DNA of 63,365 nt, the filler included, from Atractiella rhizophila (taxonomy: Eukaryota), in assembly GCA_021432655.1 (NCBI GenBank). It is 32 parts of 32 records of this genome, joined end to end, with 100 filler letters (N's around TTAATTAATTAA, not from the genome) between each part and the next. Parts side by side here need not be neighbours in the genome. Positions count along the whole stretch, not along the records: positions 61,531 to 63,365 come from MU272848.1; 31 more parts are not named here. One strand, written 5' to 3'. The stretch's first letter is position 1, and each line of letters starts with the position of its first letter. A program made the position numbers and the translations under genes. Below the pieces are notes generated by a model, which had not been told where the DNA came from, searched no databases, and saw only the letters and a list, made by a program, of their open reading frames with translations. Of the stretch, positions 62,524 to 63,365 are shown in pieces.

Positions 62524-63365
62524 TTGTTTGCGTGGTGTGATTCAGTCATATCGCTGGTTTCTACACAAAATCTCCGTTCTTCAATCACACATTGCTCTAG
62601 TGCCTTTAAAAAGATCAAAAGTTGCCTATTAGTTGGACTGATTAGGTAAATGAGGACAAACACAAGCATACGAGGTCAAACTGGTGGGTTAGGGTTGGTT
62701 ATGTACTTCAATTCGTGAAAATTTACTGCCCAGAGGCAGGTCAAGAACGTCTTTCAGACCAGAGCCAAGCAAAGGAAGGGAAAGATGCGATGAATTGCCA
62801 GTGCGGAGCACGTTCATAGATCACGATGTGCCAAAAGGGTTAAGGAAGAAGGAAGAGAAGGGTGGTTAAAGAATGATGAGATTGCGAAGCGCAAACCAGG
62901 TTGGGATGGCGGCCACACGATCGACTAGGCAGCGGGCGAGATATTGTTCCACCAACCAAACGAGTTCATTCAAAACTGATTTGCACTTTTGGGCTAGTTT
63001 TAACGTTGACCAAGTCCAACTCCTTGGGCGATAGGTCTGCTACAATGGTAGGAAGGGTTACAGAAGAAGTCAGACCCGGAGACAAGACGGAGGGTCAAGC
63101 AGGCGAGTTCAAGGCGAGAGAGCACCGTGACTGCCGGATCTCTCCCTATCCTCAGCTCCAAACTCACTTACTGACCTTCGGGAACACAGGAGGTGTCCTC
63201 TCTCCCTTGATTCCCCTTGCTAGCCGCGCTGTCCTTCCTCCGCCCATTATCTGGGCGTGACCGTAGGCACCCTCGCGCCTCGTTCACAACATGGTCGTTC
63301 CGAGCGGGAGGCGAGTGCGAGAATGAGTTAAAGAAATAAACAAGGGCAGTAACGCTGTCGGAGGA

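Noticed and set aside
1..63365. rRNA, tRNA, CRISPR arrays or prokaryotic operons
   Set aside because: None was recognised by eye and the sequence is intron-rich and fungal. A tRNAscan-SE/Infernal run would be needed to exclude small RNAs.

Overview
This window is not one contiguous locus. It is an artificial concatenation of 32 short fungal contigs, sorted by length from 1931 bp down to 1835 bp. They are joined by 31 identical 100-bp linkers (N44-TTAATTAATTAA-N44, which places stops in all six frames). Neighbouring segments are therefore unlinked and almost every gene is partial. The DNA is eukaryotic, with short (about 48-70 nt) GT-AG introns and CTAAC/CTGAC branch sites. Gene content suggests a basidiomycete, possibly Pucciniomycotina (inference). 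Recognisable host genes: PI4-kinase Pik1, PPPDE/DeSI peptidase, Hat1, an RRM protein, Ure2-like GST, a UBZ4/PIP C-terminus (Pol kappa-like), a SAM methyltransferase, an F-box protein, LIP secretory lipase, GH10, Pmt2, GH26, a DUF6534-type membrane protein, an APC amino-acid permease, proteasome Pre1, an SDR and a PX-domain protein. Transposon fragments cover many superfamilies: an intact-looking Tad-like LINE, hAT, MULE, an internally deleted Helitron, inverted copia pieces, an integrase-deleted chromovirus and a probable LTR. The most interesting item is a patatin-STAND NTPase-TPR NLR-type immune receptor. No multi-gene novel system can be supported, because gene adjacency across linkers is artificial. 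All family calls come from motif recognition, not database searches.
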